From the NCBI GenBank assembly GCA_050613775.1, contig JBODTK010000119.1, positions 434,001-498,000 on the forward strand: a stretch of 64,000 bases of DNA. Reading direction: 5' to 3'. The position numbers were made by a program, and so were the translations under genes. How positions within the stretch are numbered: the first letter of the stretch is position 1; every line of letters begins with the position of its first letter. This DNA comes from Neocallimastix sp. 'constans'. Taxonomy: Eukaryota. Below are positions 49,320-63,490 of the stretch, one piece after another. The notes beneath the pieces were generated by a model. The model was not told the origin of the DNA and ran no database searches. It saw nothing but the letters and a program-made list of their open reading frames with translations.

Positions 49320-52300
49320 AGTTAATCTCGCAGGAGCTCGACTTAAAGGGCGAGATTGTAAAGATATTATTAATATCTTTAAATAATTTTAATTAAATTT
49401 AATCATAAATTTAAGTAAAATTAAAATAAATTTATTTGAAATCACGTGTATAAAATTATTGAAAATATTTTTAACATAATTTCGATTTTTTTCCCAATCA
49501 TACTAATAAATTAAAAATTTCTCTTGTGAAACTAGTATTTGAAAATCATTTCTTTTTATGTAATTTAATTTAAATAATAAGAGTTAAGGTTTTTCACAAG
49601 ATAAATTAACAACATGAAACTATGCAATTAGTCATGTTGAAACTTACGGCATTTTATGCTAAATTTATATTAAATAATTATGACAACTTTTATATTATTT
49701 TTAAATAGAAAACATATAATAAATTTACTAATAATATTTAAATAATAAATAAATAATAAATGAACTCAATTAGAATTGATTATATTTATTTTAGTTATTA
49801 ATTATAATTCTCTTTATTTAGTAATAGTTAATTATTTATTATTAGTTTAGGTTAGTATTGTTTTTAAATAAATAGCTAGATAATATAATTCAATAGGAAT
49901 TATATATTATAAATGCAATAAGATAAAAATATAAATAGTTATCAAATTTCATGTATTTTAATCGATGTAATTGTTATTAACGATTTCTTGTTAATAACAC
50001 TTTAAAATAAATAAAGATTTTAATATTTAAAAAATTAATAAAACTTGTTCTTTAAAACTATTATTTTGTGTTTTAGTGTTATTATTGAAGTGTTGATTTA
50101 TAATCTATTTTTTTTATCAAAACTTTATATTCCCTGAGTATGATTTTGAAATAGGACCGATAACATCAGAATGGATTACATCTAGTGGATGCTTTGCCTT
50201 TGGAGTGTCTCCATTATGGGGTTTCCTATTTAATTTGGCAATTTTACAATTTAAGCATTCATTAATTTTGACATTGTGGAGTTTTAGATATTTAGTTAAA
50301 TTGTCTTGATAAAAATGTCCAAGTCTTCTATGCCATAGCATTTTAGACTGGTCATTTATGTCCATTGTTTCTTCAGGTGAGACGATGTCAATACAATTCT
50401 TTAAATTCGATTTATTCTTCGTAAGTATATGAATTGTATTGTTTTTATTAGCTTTAAATGTGCCTATGTTAATTGTTCTTTTGTTTTCAAGTGTGGTTTT
50501 TAAAGTGAGAAAAACTTTGTCTCTCCTGGATTTAATGTTACATTTTAATCCATTCTTCGCAAGTTTAATTCCACTCAGAAGATTCTTGTTAACTTGTTTA
50601 GAATAGAGGACATTTTCGAATTTTATGTTGTAACCATTAATACTTCCTTCATAGGTACCAACCCCGTCAAACTCACAGATTGAATTATTTGCACACTGCA
50701 TAGAGATCTTTTCTTCTCTAAAGTTTGAGAGGATATCTTTTTTATTGGTAATGTGCTCTGAAGCACCAGTATCAAAGGTCCAAATCGTTGTATCTTCTGA
50801 AGAATTTAATACTAAAGAAATGTATTTATTTTCGTAGTTTACTTTAGTGTCCTTTTTTTCTTCTAACGGCTCAAAGCTGTCTAAATTTTTATCATACATG
50901 GTCCTAAGTTCTTCTAAGGAAAGTTCTTCATCAGAATTTCGTTCTTCATATTCGACGTTTGCAATTGATTTTTGGTGGCTATTTTTACCTTTCCTTTTAT
51001 TGATTTTAGTTTTCTTTTTGTTTGATTGCTTCTTGCCTTTTTGAGTCGATCTGTTCCTATTTTTGTTGATAAGGTTAAATCTACATTCATCGGTAGTATG
51101 TCCAAACATTTTGCACAGGTAACAATAGTTTGGCTCCGGATTTGGTCTGGTTTTATTATTTTTTGAACCGCTTGACTCAATGTTATCAATATCCATGAAG
51201 TCACCTTTATCTGTGACGTTTCTATCGAAATTGATAGCACTATGCAGGAAAATGTGGAAATTAATCTTGTTGATTGACTCTTCGAGGAAGTCATCAACTG
51301 TTTCTGTTCCACTAGGATGAATAAGGTCTCTTAAAACTTTTGGATAAGACAAATATAAAACCCTGATCTTTTCCCAAGTTCCGAGTCTGATATTGTTCTT
51401 ATCCATTACTTCAAAGATTTCTTTAATTTGATTAATGATATCCTTGCATTCCGAAAGATTTTTGGCTTTTAAAGAATATAACTTCTTCAACCAGTAGTTG
51501 AGATCAGCAGTTTTCTTTTTTCCATATAAGACCTTTAATTTTTTCATAATATCATAGGCGGTGGTAAGATATCTTATGTAGCTCAAAACTTCTTGACTTA
51601 CATTTTTACTGATAATGGTACTGGCTAAGGCATCTTGAGTTTCAGCTTCTTTGATATCCTTTTCCAAGTCCTTGATAGCTTTGACGGTTTCGTCGGATTT
51701 GGGTTTTCCCTTTTCCTCCTTAAGCTTATCATTTAATTTACCGATTACATTCTCATTTACATACTGTAAAATTTTTAAAAGATTTGAGAATTTTTTTAAT
51801 AAGGAATTCCCAGTTTTCGAAGTTATCCTTATTGAGAATATCTTCAGTTCTTAATTTGGTTTCGTTAGACATGTCGTAGATAGTATAAGAGGATGAGACT
51901 CTTAATCTTTTGTTTATAAAATATTTTATTGATTAAAGTTTATTTATTTTAATATGAGTAATTACTTGATTTTTAAAATTTATGAGATTACATTTGTATT
52001 TATACTATTTGTGGCTAAATAAAAATATAACGAGAAATTATTACATAATATATTTCATTGTATTAGCTTAACAACGAGTTCGTTGTATTATAAAAATATC
52101 TTTTAATTTATTTAATACACATAAATTATTTTAATATAAATTTAATATATTTTTCTTTGTATTCTAACAATTATTAATATTGCATAAAAACAATTTTAAA
52201 AAAAATATATTTTGAATTAATATTTATTTATTTATTCATTTATTTATATCAATACTCTACTTGTCGAAATGCAACCTGGCGAAAAGCAACTTGGGGAAAC

Positions 52301-52432
52301 GTAACATTTTAATACTACGCCACTTGGCGAAATGCAATTTGGGGAAATGCAACTCTCCCGAATATTTTATTTTATTTTTTTTTTTTGTAAAAAAATATTT
52401 ATTTTTATCTAACCATTATAATTTATTTAATT

Positions 52433-55400
52433 TAATAAATATAGTATATCAAATTTATTTATTTAATAATTATTTATTTATTTATTTATTATTTATAAAA
52501 TAATAAGGTAATTACAAGGATATAAAATTAGGGTAAAATTAATGACATTTATACACATGTTGTGGCCTGATTTTATTTATCATTTGATCAAAACTATTTC
52601 TAATTTACATAAAAAATTGCGAATAAATTTAATTACAAATTTATAAAAATAATTGCTACGAATTTTAATTTATTTATTTCAAATAATTTATTTTAATATT
52701 TTAAATCAATATTTATAACATTTCCCCCTCAAACTTATTTTTAATATGATTAAAATATGAGTTTGGAATTATTAATATTATTTATCATTTTTTAGTATTT
52801 ATTATCATTACTATTAAATTTTCTTTTATTTATGTTGTTATTATTGTCTATGATATAGTGGTAATTGTGTTTATTTTTGTAATTAATATTATTGTTATTT
52901 TGGTTATTGTTATTATTTATTTCGAATATCTTTTTGGTAAATTTCTTTATTTGACTTCCGTTTTGATTTTTTGTTAATGTGTCAGCGAGCATTTCGTCGG
53001 TTGGAATATATTTTAGATCTATTTTATTTTGATTAATATTGTCTTTGTTAAAGTAATATTTTATTGAAATATGTTTTAATTTGCTGTTTAGTTCGCCGTT
53101 TTTTATTGTTTTTAAGCTTGAAGTATTATCTGTGAATATCGTTATAGGTTTTTTAAAATTAAGTAATTCCTTTAGGATGTTTCTTATCCAAAGTACCTTT
53201 TTTACACATTCGGAAGTGGCTATATATTCAGCTTCTGTAGTACTAGTGGCTACGATGGACTGCTTCTTTGATCCCCAGCATATTGGGGAATTTCCTATTA
53301 ATATTATGTGTCCTGAGGTAGATTTTCTATCTTCAAGATCTCCTGCAAAGTCAGAATCGGTGTATCCAATAAAGTTCCCTTTTCCATTATATCTCAGCTT
53401 ATAATCTTTAGTAGCGTTTAGGTATTTGAATATATTCAATACCTTGTTCCAATCTGATACGGTAGGGGATTCAGATTTTCTTGCTATTTTATGAACGGCG
53501 AAGCTGGTGTCTGGACGTGTGATTTTTGCGATGTATATCAGCGATCCAATTGCACTTTTGAATATCGTCGTGTTAAATGGTTTTTTGTTTTCTGATATTA
53601 GATTGTCTCCTGTACATGGTGTAGATTGTTTTTTGATATTTGTAATATTATATTTTTCGAGTAACGTATTTATTGTGTGAGTTTGAGATATTATATAATC
53701 GTTATGATCCTTTTCTATTTTTATTCCTAGTATATATCTTAGAGGTTCACAATTTGAGATTTTGAATCTTTTCTTAAGTTTGCTTATTATATTTCTTATT
53801 TCTCGATTGTTTCCGGTAATCATCATGTCATCGACGTATAATCCAATAAGACCGACAAGTTTATTATTGATTACCTTTTTGAAGATGCATGGTTCTGAAC
53901 TCAAATGCGTATATCCATTTTCTCTAAGGAATTTTGAGATAGTAAGAAACCATTGTCTTCCGGCCTGTTTTAAACCGTAGAGTACCCTATTTAATCTCCA
54001 GAAACCTTTTTTGAAATTTTTATCTCCTTTTGGAATTTGGATATTTAATGTTTTGTCAATGTTTGCATTTAAGTATGCTGCTTTTATGTCCAGTTGTTGA
54101 ATATTCCACTTGAATTTGGCAGCAAGGGCAATAATTAGTTTTATGCTATCTGTGTTAAGTGTTGGTGAATAAGTAATGTCATAGTCTATACCTTTTTGTT
54201 GCTTGTAGCCCCTGGCTACTAATCTTGCTTTATATTTAGTGATATTGTTGTTTTCATCTCTTTTTACAGTGAATACCCATTTTGAAGATATAATGTTGGT
54301 ATTTTTTGGTATTCTTTTAGTGAATGTCATTATTTTATTTGCATATAAGTTATCAAGTTCATTTTTGATTGCAGTTAACCATTCTTTCTTTTCATTACTG
54401 TTAATAGCTTCATTAAAATTTTTGGGGATCTTTTGGATTGTGTTTTTGGCTGAAATTTTATTTTTATTGTTATTTATGTGTGAGATGTTATTGAATTCTT
54501 TATTATTGATTAGTGATTTTATTTTTTTATTAGATATTGGATCGCTTTTATCTGTTGATGTATGTGGTCTTTTTCTGAGTATTTGAGGAATGTTGTCGAT
54601 ATTTTTTATTTTCTTATAAATTATGTTTTCTACGTCTTCAATATTTCTTTTTCTTTTATGATTAATTGAACTAGGGTTTCTTTTTATTTTCTTGTGATTA
54701 TTGTCATCATTCGTAAATAGTGATCTATTGCGATTTATAGTTTTTGATTGTTTATCAGTATTATTATTGTTGATTATAATATTGTTGGTGTAATTTGTGG
54801 AATCGTTGTGGATTTCATTGTTGTTATTTTCAATATTTTTGGTATGATTGATGTCATCATTGTTGGTATAGCTTTGTCCATCAGTATTTTCTGTATTGTT
54901 GTTTTCATTTTCTTGAATACTATCTGTAGTACGAATATCATGTATATGTTGTTGTATATTATTATTAGGGTAATTATTATTATCAATATTTTGGAAGGTG
55001 TCTGAAATGTCTGAGTTTTCAAAAGTAAGAGTGTTGTTTGTAATACAGAGTTCATTATTGATATTTGATATTTTACTATTTAATTGTACTCCAGGAAATA
55101 TATCTTCTAAGAATAGTGCTTCTCTAACAAGTTTACATTTATTATCGTTTAAGTCCATAATGATGAAACTATTAGATTCAAAATCAATACCTAAAAATAT
55201 TCCTTTTCTTGATTTGGGCTCGAATTTAGAAATTTTGTTGTTATTGGGAATTTTATAATATGTAGAGCATCCGAAAACTTTGATTTTTGATAAGTTGATG
55301 TCTTTATTAAAGAAAATTTTATTGGGAATTTGATTGTTTATGCTGGAATGTGGAGTGATATTATATAAATGAGTGGCGTACTTGATTGCAAAATCCCAAA

Positions 55401-58079
55401 ATTTAGTATTGAGTTTTGAAGTGAATAGTAATGTTCTTGTGCAATCGACTATGGTACGGTTGAACCTTTCCGCGAGACCGTTGATTTGCGGATTATAAGG
55501 TGTTGAGAATACTTTGTTTATACCTTTATTGTTACAGAAATTAAATATCCTTTTATTCTTGTATTCTTTACCATTGTCTGATTTGAAAGTTTTGATAACC
55601 TTATTATATTGGTTTTCAATAAATGTGAGAAATTGTATTATTATTTCAGTTGCTTGTGACTTTTCTTCAAGTAAGTATAACCATGCCTTTCGTGAAAATT
55701 CATCTATGAATGTTATGAAGTATTTTTTGTTAGTAATGGATGGTTCAACAGGACCAACAATGTCGGAGTGGATTGTCTCTAGTATTTCAATGGCTCTAGG
55801 GGGAGTACCATTAAAAGGGTCTTTATTCATTTTGGAAATTCGGCATTCAGTACAATTTAATGGCTTTATTTTATTTAGTTTTAGATATTTGTTAATGTCA
55901 TAAAGAAAAAAGTGACCAAGTCGATTATGCCAAATTTTTAAATTATTGTTGTCTATTTCAATGTTAAGTAGATTGTGGGAATTAGTATTAATTGGATTTA
56001 TAGTCATGTGTATTATATTGTGGATGTTGGAATAAAAAGTTCCAATAACTCGATTGTTCATAATAAGACTGATGTAAGGCTTGTTTTTTCGATCTAATGC
56101 AATTAGGGTATATATTCCTTCTTTTGAAAGTTTAATACCACTAATTATATTTTTTGATACGTTCTTTGAAAATAGCACGTGGTGTAAGGTAATTCTATGA
56201 CCGTTTATTTTCCCATGAAATGTACCATATCCTTCAAAGTAGCATTCGGTATTGTTAGCACATCTCATTGTAATGTTTTGTTTTTTAAAATCAGCTAATA
56301 GATACTTATTATTTGTAATATGTTCAGAGGAACCTGTGTCATAGGTCCATTGAGTACTATATGGATATTGTTCGTTTGATGATAAATATTCAAGGTTGAA
56401 TATATTTTTATCATTTACTTGACGATACGGTTTTGTATTCATAAATGAATGATATGCTGAGCAACCCCAACTATACACATGATCATTTGAAAGTAAAAAA
56501 TTAATGAAAAATGAAATATTATTATTAAAATTGTTGTTTAATATAAAATTATTATTAGTTGTTATCATGTGATTATCCATTGTTTCTATGTTATTTATAA
56601 ATTCATCATCGGTATATTCAATGCTATTAATGGAATAATCATAATAGTTATTATAAAGTTCATCGAAGGAGACATATTCATCGTTATGTTCGATGTTTTT
56701 TAATGATCCAGTTTGTTTTTTGTAATTATATTTATGTTTCTTTTGATTGATTCTTTTGTTTTTGTAATTTTTTGAGTTTCGAATTCTTTTGTTTGTCTTC
56801 GCATTGAAAAAACATTCGTCAGTGGAATGTCCGTTGATTTTACAAATGTGACAAAATTTCTTGTTGGAAGGATAAGATTTTGAGTTGCGTAGATTTTTAG
56901 TATGATGGTAGACGTGGTTAAGATCATAATCAAGGTCCATGTTGTCTTCTTGAGAATTTTGAATATAATTATTGTTTAAACTAGTGAGTCTATTGGACTT
57001 ACTATTATATTTTCTAATAAAAATCTTATTTTTGATATCATTGTAGAATTCAATCGGGTTGACGTCTGCGCTAAAATTGACAATATTTTTGATTTCATTT
57101 GGAAGAGCATTGTGTAAAATTGTGAGTTTTTCTAAATTGTTTGGATTTAAATTTGTGTCATGTAACATATTGAAAAGTTCCATAATTTCATTTATGACAT
57201 CCATAGTGTTATTGATGTCACTTGCTTTAAGTTCATAGAGCCTCTTGTACCAAATAGAATGTTCTTCTTCGTCTCTTTCGTAGAGTTGTTTAAGTTTCTC
57301 CATTTTTTCAAATGCTTTTTCTCTCCTTTCGATAAATTTTAAAACTTTATCTGTTACATTAGCGATGATTATGGAGTTAGCCATAGCGTCGTTGGCAATC
57401 GCCTCTTCTATAGCGTTCTGTTGTTGAATCAATTGTTATTGAATATTTTGGATATTGGCTTGAAGTTCCCGGTTATTTTGATTATTCTCGGCCTGAGCTT
57501 GTAGATTTTGGAGATCATTAGTTAATTGATTAAAGACGTTGGTTCGTTCAGCAATGATGTCGACTTCAGTATATTGGAATAGTCTCTTTCCTTTAAGGAA
57601 ATTTTGAATAAAGAGGTACCAAGTACGAAAATTTTTTCCATTGAGTTTTTGGACAAAAGGTGTAGTAGTAGTGGCGGCGTTCATGGTAGAAAAAGACTCT
57701 TAATCTAATAAATATAGTATATCAAATTTATTTATTTAATAATTATTTATTTATTTATTTATTTATTATTTATAAGATAATAAGGTAATTACAAGGATAT
57801 AAAATTAGGGTAAAATTAATGACATTTATACACATGTTGTGGCTTGATTTTATTTATCATTTGATCAAAACTATTTCTAATTTACATAAAAAATTGCGAA
57901 TAAATTTAATTACAAATTTATAAAAATAATTGCTAATACTTTAATTAAATTACGAATTTTAATTTATTTATTTCAAATAATTTATTTTAATATTTTAAAT
58001 CAATATTAATTAAATTACGAATTTTAATTTATTTATTTCAAATAATTTATTTTAATATTTTAAATCAATATTTATAACA
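52433..58079 (-). mobile_element. Ty1/copia element C (LTRs 52433-52720 and 57706-58079)
   Basis: TSD TAATT; PPT GAGGGGGAAA; PBS GATTAAGAGTCT; LTR ends TG...TA on the element strand. Confidence 0.92.
52792..57684 (-). pseudogene. Copia C polyprotein with a single in-frame TAA at 57436-57438
   Basis: The 82-aa and 1546-aa ORFs share a frame; CHICKINGHSTDEC, YDTGSS, WHNRLGH, YVDD, DSDFA. Confidence 0.9.
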
Positions 58080-58114
58080 TAATTATTCACTTAATAAATT
58101 TTAAGTGAATAATT

Positions 58115-58260
58115 AATAAATAGTAAATAATAATAAATAGTAAATAATAATAAATAATAAATAATAACAAATAATAAATAATAACAAATAATAAATAATA
58201 AATAAATAATAAATAATAAATAAATAATAAATAATAAATAAATAGTAAATAATAAATAAA
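58115..58260. repeat. (AATAATA)n-like simple repeat
   Basis: Directly visible. Confidence 0.8.
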
Positions 58261-60072
58261 AAAATAAATATTTTTCTAATTAAAAAAAATTGAATAATTA
58301 AATCTAATTTTTTATTCAGAATAAATATAAATATTTCAAATATTAAGCAATAAAAATATATTTTCATATACACTTCATATCTTTATATTTCTTGTTTATT
58401 AAAAAATTATATATTATTTATCTGAATAATATCTGAATAATAAATAATTATATATATAGAATATCAATATTTTATATAGTTATTTTTATTATTATTATCA
58501 ATATCAATATCTTATATAGTTATTTTTATTAGTAATATCAATATCAATATTATATAGCTTTTTTATTTTATTAAAATTTTAATAATAAAATAAATTAAAA
58601 TTTGAAATTAAGATGAAATATAAAAGAGTAATAATAAAACATTTTTAACATATTTATTTTTTACTTAATATTTTTTTATTTATTATTAATTTTATTTATT
58701 TATATGTTTATTTTTTAAAAATATTTTGAGTCACATTTTGCGAAATGCACTATTGAGAAATGTACAAGGATATATATATGATTTTGGTTATATAGGTATA
58801 TTTAAAGAATATACATAATCTACTAAAAAAAATATATATATATATATATAATAATATATTAGATATAATTATGATATTAGATATAATTATGAAATCTAAA
58901 TAATTAATTTCTAACAACGAAATCGAAAGTCATAATACAAAAGAAGATAAAAAAAAAAAAGGTTTAATATTTGTTTCACATATTTTTCTTTTATTTTTTT
59001 CTCTTATTATATTTATCATGTTAATTTTATATATTATGTAAAGTTAACAAGATTGGTTTTTTTTTATTATTAGTATTTGATATATAATTTAATAGTTATT
59101 ACACGATAAATAATTTAAAAAGTTATTAATAATAATAATTTTTGAGTGGAAAAAATTATAGTTTAAATCTACCAATTTATTTGAATTATTTAATAATTAA
59201 ATTATTTTATATTTTATGTATAATTCGAATTTTAATTCTTTGAAAATAAATATATATTAAAAAAAAATATTTTTTTATAATTAAAATATGTTTTTTTTTT
59301 ATGATTATTTAATTAATAGTTTAATATTTAAAAAAAGTAGTTAAAATTTTTTTCAAAAAATCAATTTAACCCTAATTATATATATATAAATATAAAAAAA
59401 TAAAGTCAATTAATTGATAAATATTACAAATGAATGTTATTCTATAAATAACATTTTATGTAGTATTTTTTAGATTTAACAGTGAATAAAAGATTTAACA
59501 GTGAATAAAAATTTTAAAAATATTAATAATATGTGAATATAAATATAAATATAAATATAAATTTGAAATTGATAGTATTTTTTTTTTTTTTTAAAAATTT
59601 TTAATTAAAAAATTAATTATTCTAAATTTAGATATTTTCTATTGTACAAAAAAAGCTTCATGACATAAAATTTTAATTAATAATAATTTTGAAAATAAAT
59701 TTTTTGATATATTATTCAATAATGTATAAATACACTTTGAATGTAAAAGTAAATTTTAATAGTTCATTTTTAATAAATAAAGATTATATTACAATAAATA
59801 TATTAATATACTAAGTAGATTAAAGAATAATATAATTTAAATAATAGTCATAACTTTAAATAATGTATAAAATGGGAAATCAAAAACTAAATAAACCCAT
59901 AAACATATAAAAAATAATTTCACCCTATTTTTTTTAAAATAAGCACCCTGTTATTTTTATTTTTATTTTTATATTATTATTTTTATTTTTGAAATTAAAA
60001 AAAAAAAAAATTATGAAATTGTTTTTTTTATATAATAAAAAAAAAAAAAGGAATAATTTTGATGGAATAATT

Positions 60073-60109
<37 letters not shown>

Positions 60110-62659
60110 CAAAAAATTCAAAAAAAAAGGGAATTTATATTGTTAACTTCATAAAAAATTATCAATACATTTTCTTATTTATATTATTAAATAAAATAAG
60201 TGCTTTTTTTTTGTTTTTCTCTTCTTCTTTGAATTTATAATTATTATAATAAAGTACTAATCCAGAAAATTTTTTCATTTTTAGTATTGTCGTTTTTTTT
60301 TAAAATTGAAAATTTTATATTTATAAAATTAAAAAACTATAGAAAAATAGTGACTTTTATATCTATAATATTGGAGAAATATTTTGTAATATATGTATAA
60401 CAAGCCAGAAGCTTGCGATACATATAAAATAATAAAGTAATAATTAATTTACCACGTGTGGCAAATTAATATTATGAAATAGCAATTTATTTTAAAATTT
60501 ATTATTAGATATTTAGTATTTTGAAATAGTTGAATTTTTTTTTCATCCTTTTAGTAAATCAATATTTAAATATTGCAAAAAATAAATTTCATCTTTTTAG
60601 TAAATCAACATTTAAATATTGCAAAAATAAAAAAATAACAAATTATAATAAAATGTTTTATTTAATACGTAACAACATAAATTATTAAAGTCATTTTTTA
60701 GTTATGATTATTACAATATTTTATATAAATATAAAAATTTACACATTGATTATGAAAATAAAATAAAAATAGAGAAATAATATTAGTCTAAACACATATA
60801 TTTATAATATATTAAATGCTTATTTACCACTAATAAAACTTAAGGAATTCTTTTATTTTTTACACATATTTTTATTTTTTAAATTATTATGGTCAATAGA
60901 AAAAAAAAAAAACTGTAATAACATATGTATATGTATATATAATTTTTTTTTTTTTGAAAAAATAGACAATAAAATTTAAATAAAAAAAATTATGTTTCAT
61001 TTGATCATGTGTTACATTATAAATATTTCATTTAAAATTTTTAAATATAATATTATTGTATTTAATTAATTAAAAATTTTATATATAAAAAATAGGTGCT
61101 TAAGAAATTTTCTTTAAAAATATTAATATATTTAAATATTGATTATTATATATTTAATGTAGTAATATAAATTTTTATTATTATATTTTAAAAAGATTAA
61201 TATATTACATACCATTGAAATGATCTTAAATGGTTTAAAAACATTTATATATATGCATTCTAATAATTATAAATATTTGAGGATTATCAATTATAAAATA
61301 TCTAAACAATTTTATGAAAACCTTTATAATGGATTTTAAATATAATTAAAAAAAAAAAATAGTTTTCCAAATTAAACTAAAATGAATATTAAATAATAAT
61401 AATTATAATAATAATTATAATAAAACAAAAAATTTTACTATTGATAAAATAATAAAATATATAGGAGTATAAAAATTTTACTAATAATAGTAATAAAGGA
61501 AAAAAATTTATATTATTTATTAATTAAAAGAAGCAAAAATAGTATTGATAATTTGTATGATTAATAATATATAATATTATAAAAGTGTGCTTTTATTAGA
61601 AAGTAATAAATAATAATGAATCTAATTGTATTAAATATTAATATAATTTTTAATAAATAAAAAGATAATTTTTTTTTTCTCTATTTGTATACTATAGTAT
61701 ATTATAGATAATATTAACAATAATCAATTTTATAATTTCTTTACTATTTTTTATTTCGAACTTTATATTATATATATTATCAAAAAAACAATAATTTTAA
61801 AATATATAATTATTATCAAAAAAATAATATAAACATATTGTAGTATTTTATTATATAAATAATTTTATAAAATCTATAAACCAATAATAATTATAATAAT
61901 TATCATAATACTAATTATATATATAGTTATAATTTAAATAACTATAAATAAAAATTTTCCTAATTATTTATTATTATATTAAATTATTATTGTAGTTGTA
62001 AAAAAGCTTAATTTTTTTTTGTAGTAAAATTGAAACTGAATGTAGTAGAAAGGACAATTTTTTTGAAAATATTTACCCAATTATAATTATGTTATAAAAC
62101 TAATAGAATAAAAACCAATTAGTTTTAATTCATATGATATAATAATAATATTAAGTATTTTATTTGTTTATAATTATTAAAGGAGATAAATTTAAAAATT
62201 ACAAACTGAATTAACTATTATTATATAAATTTCATAATTTTGATAGTTATTAATAAATAATATAAATAAAAATAATTATTAGTAGTAAGAATATTTATAA
62301 TGAAACATATATAATTAACAATAACAAATATCTTAAATTTTTTTGTTAAAATTTTATATTATTATAATAATAATATATATATTTTTAAATATACCAAATT
62401 TTTTATTATTGTTTTTTTAATATCTACATAGATACTACTAATGTAACTAAATATTTATTGAATTATTTAAATATAATATATTGTATGGTTCTACAAATTA
62501 TATTATTGATTATTGTAATACTTTGATTTTGTATATAAAATTATTAAGGCTATTCAAAATTGTCTATTATTAAATATACCTTTGGATTATTATAATTTTT
62601 TAATAGACAATATTTTATTTATAAAGAATTAATGAAATAGTTTATAAACAAATAAAAAA

Positions 62660-63490
62660 TGAATAAATATAATAAATAATAAATAATAAATAATAAATAA
62701 TAAATAATTAATGAGTAATAAATATTATATATATTTAATAAGGAATAATAAATATAATAACCAATTACTATAAATAAAGAATAATAAATATAATAACCAA
62801 TTAATGTAGTTAATAATGAATAATAGATATAATAACCAATTAATATAATAAATAATGAATAATAAATATAATAACCAATTAATGTTGTTAATAATGAATA
62901 ATAAATATAATAACCAATTAATATAATAAATAATAATAAATATAATAACCAATTAATGTAGTTAATAATGAATAAAAAATATAATAACCAATTAATATAC
63001 TTAATAATGAATAATAAATGCATTTAATATAATAAATAATAAATAATAATTATAATAAAAAATTAATATACTAATAAATAATAAATATAATGATCAAGTA
63101 ATATAATAAATAATGATAAATAAATATAATTAATGTAATAAATAAATAATTAATAATGAATAATGAATAATAATTAATTATTAATAAATAATAAACTATA
63201 AATAATGAATAATGAATAATAAATAATAAATAATAAATAATAAATAATAAATAATAAATAATAAATAATAAATAATAAATAATAAATTATAAATAATAAA
63301 AAATTATAAAAATGAATAATAAATTATAAATAATAAATAATAAATTATAAAAAATTATAAATAATGAATAATAAATTATAAATAATAAATAATAGATAAT
63401 AAATAATGTATAATAAATAATAAAAAATAAATATAATTATTATGTAATAAATAATAGATAATCGATAATAATAAATAATATAATAAATAA
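62660..63490. repeat. ~40-bp minisatellite (GAATAATAAATATAATAACCAATTAAT..., ~62740-63020) within (AATAATA)n repeats
   Basis: About 7 recurrences of ATAACCAATTA; 7-bp periodicity at 63200-63490. Confidence 0.8.

Larger units (their letters stand above)
42897..50129 (+). mobile_element. Chromovirus D2 (LTRs 42897-43668 and 49357-50129), apparently intact
   Basis: LTRs TG...TA; TSD TTCCC; uninterrupted 1606-codon ORF. Confidence 0.95.
39978..51872 (-). pseudogene. Copia B Gag-PR-IN-RT-RH, split in integrase by D2 and carrying frameshifts
   Basis: CYLCKMFGHTTDEC, FDTGAS, WHRRLGH, YKARLVARG, YVDD, TSTAEAEY; frameshifts near 51780, 40580 and 40360. Confidence 0.9.
39722..52169 (-). mobile_element. 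Ty1/copia element B (LTRs 39722-39983 and 51908-52169, 262 bp), interrupted by D2
   Basis: TSD ATTAT; PPT GAGGGGGAA; PBS GATTAAGAGTCTCAT; copia domain order. Confidence 0.93.
38513..52359. mobile_element. Non-autonomous foldback/TIR DNA element (~1.4 kb net), split by Copia B
   Basis: ~54-bp imperfect TIR GGGAGAGTTGCATTTCCCCA...CCAAGTGGCGTAGTATTAAAAT at both ends; internal inverted repeats; no TSD or transposase seen. Confidence 0.7.
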
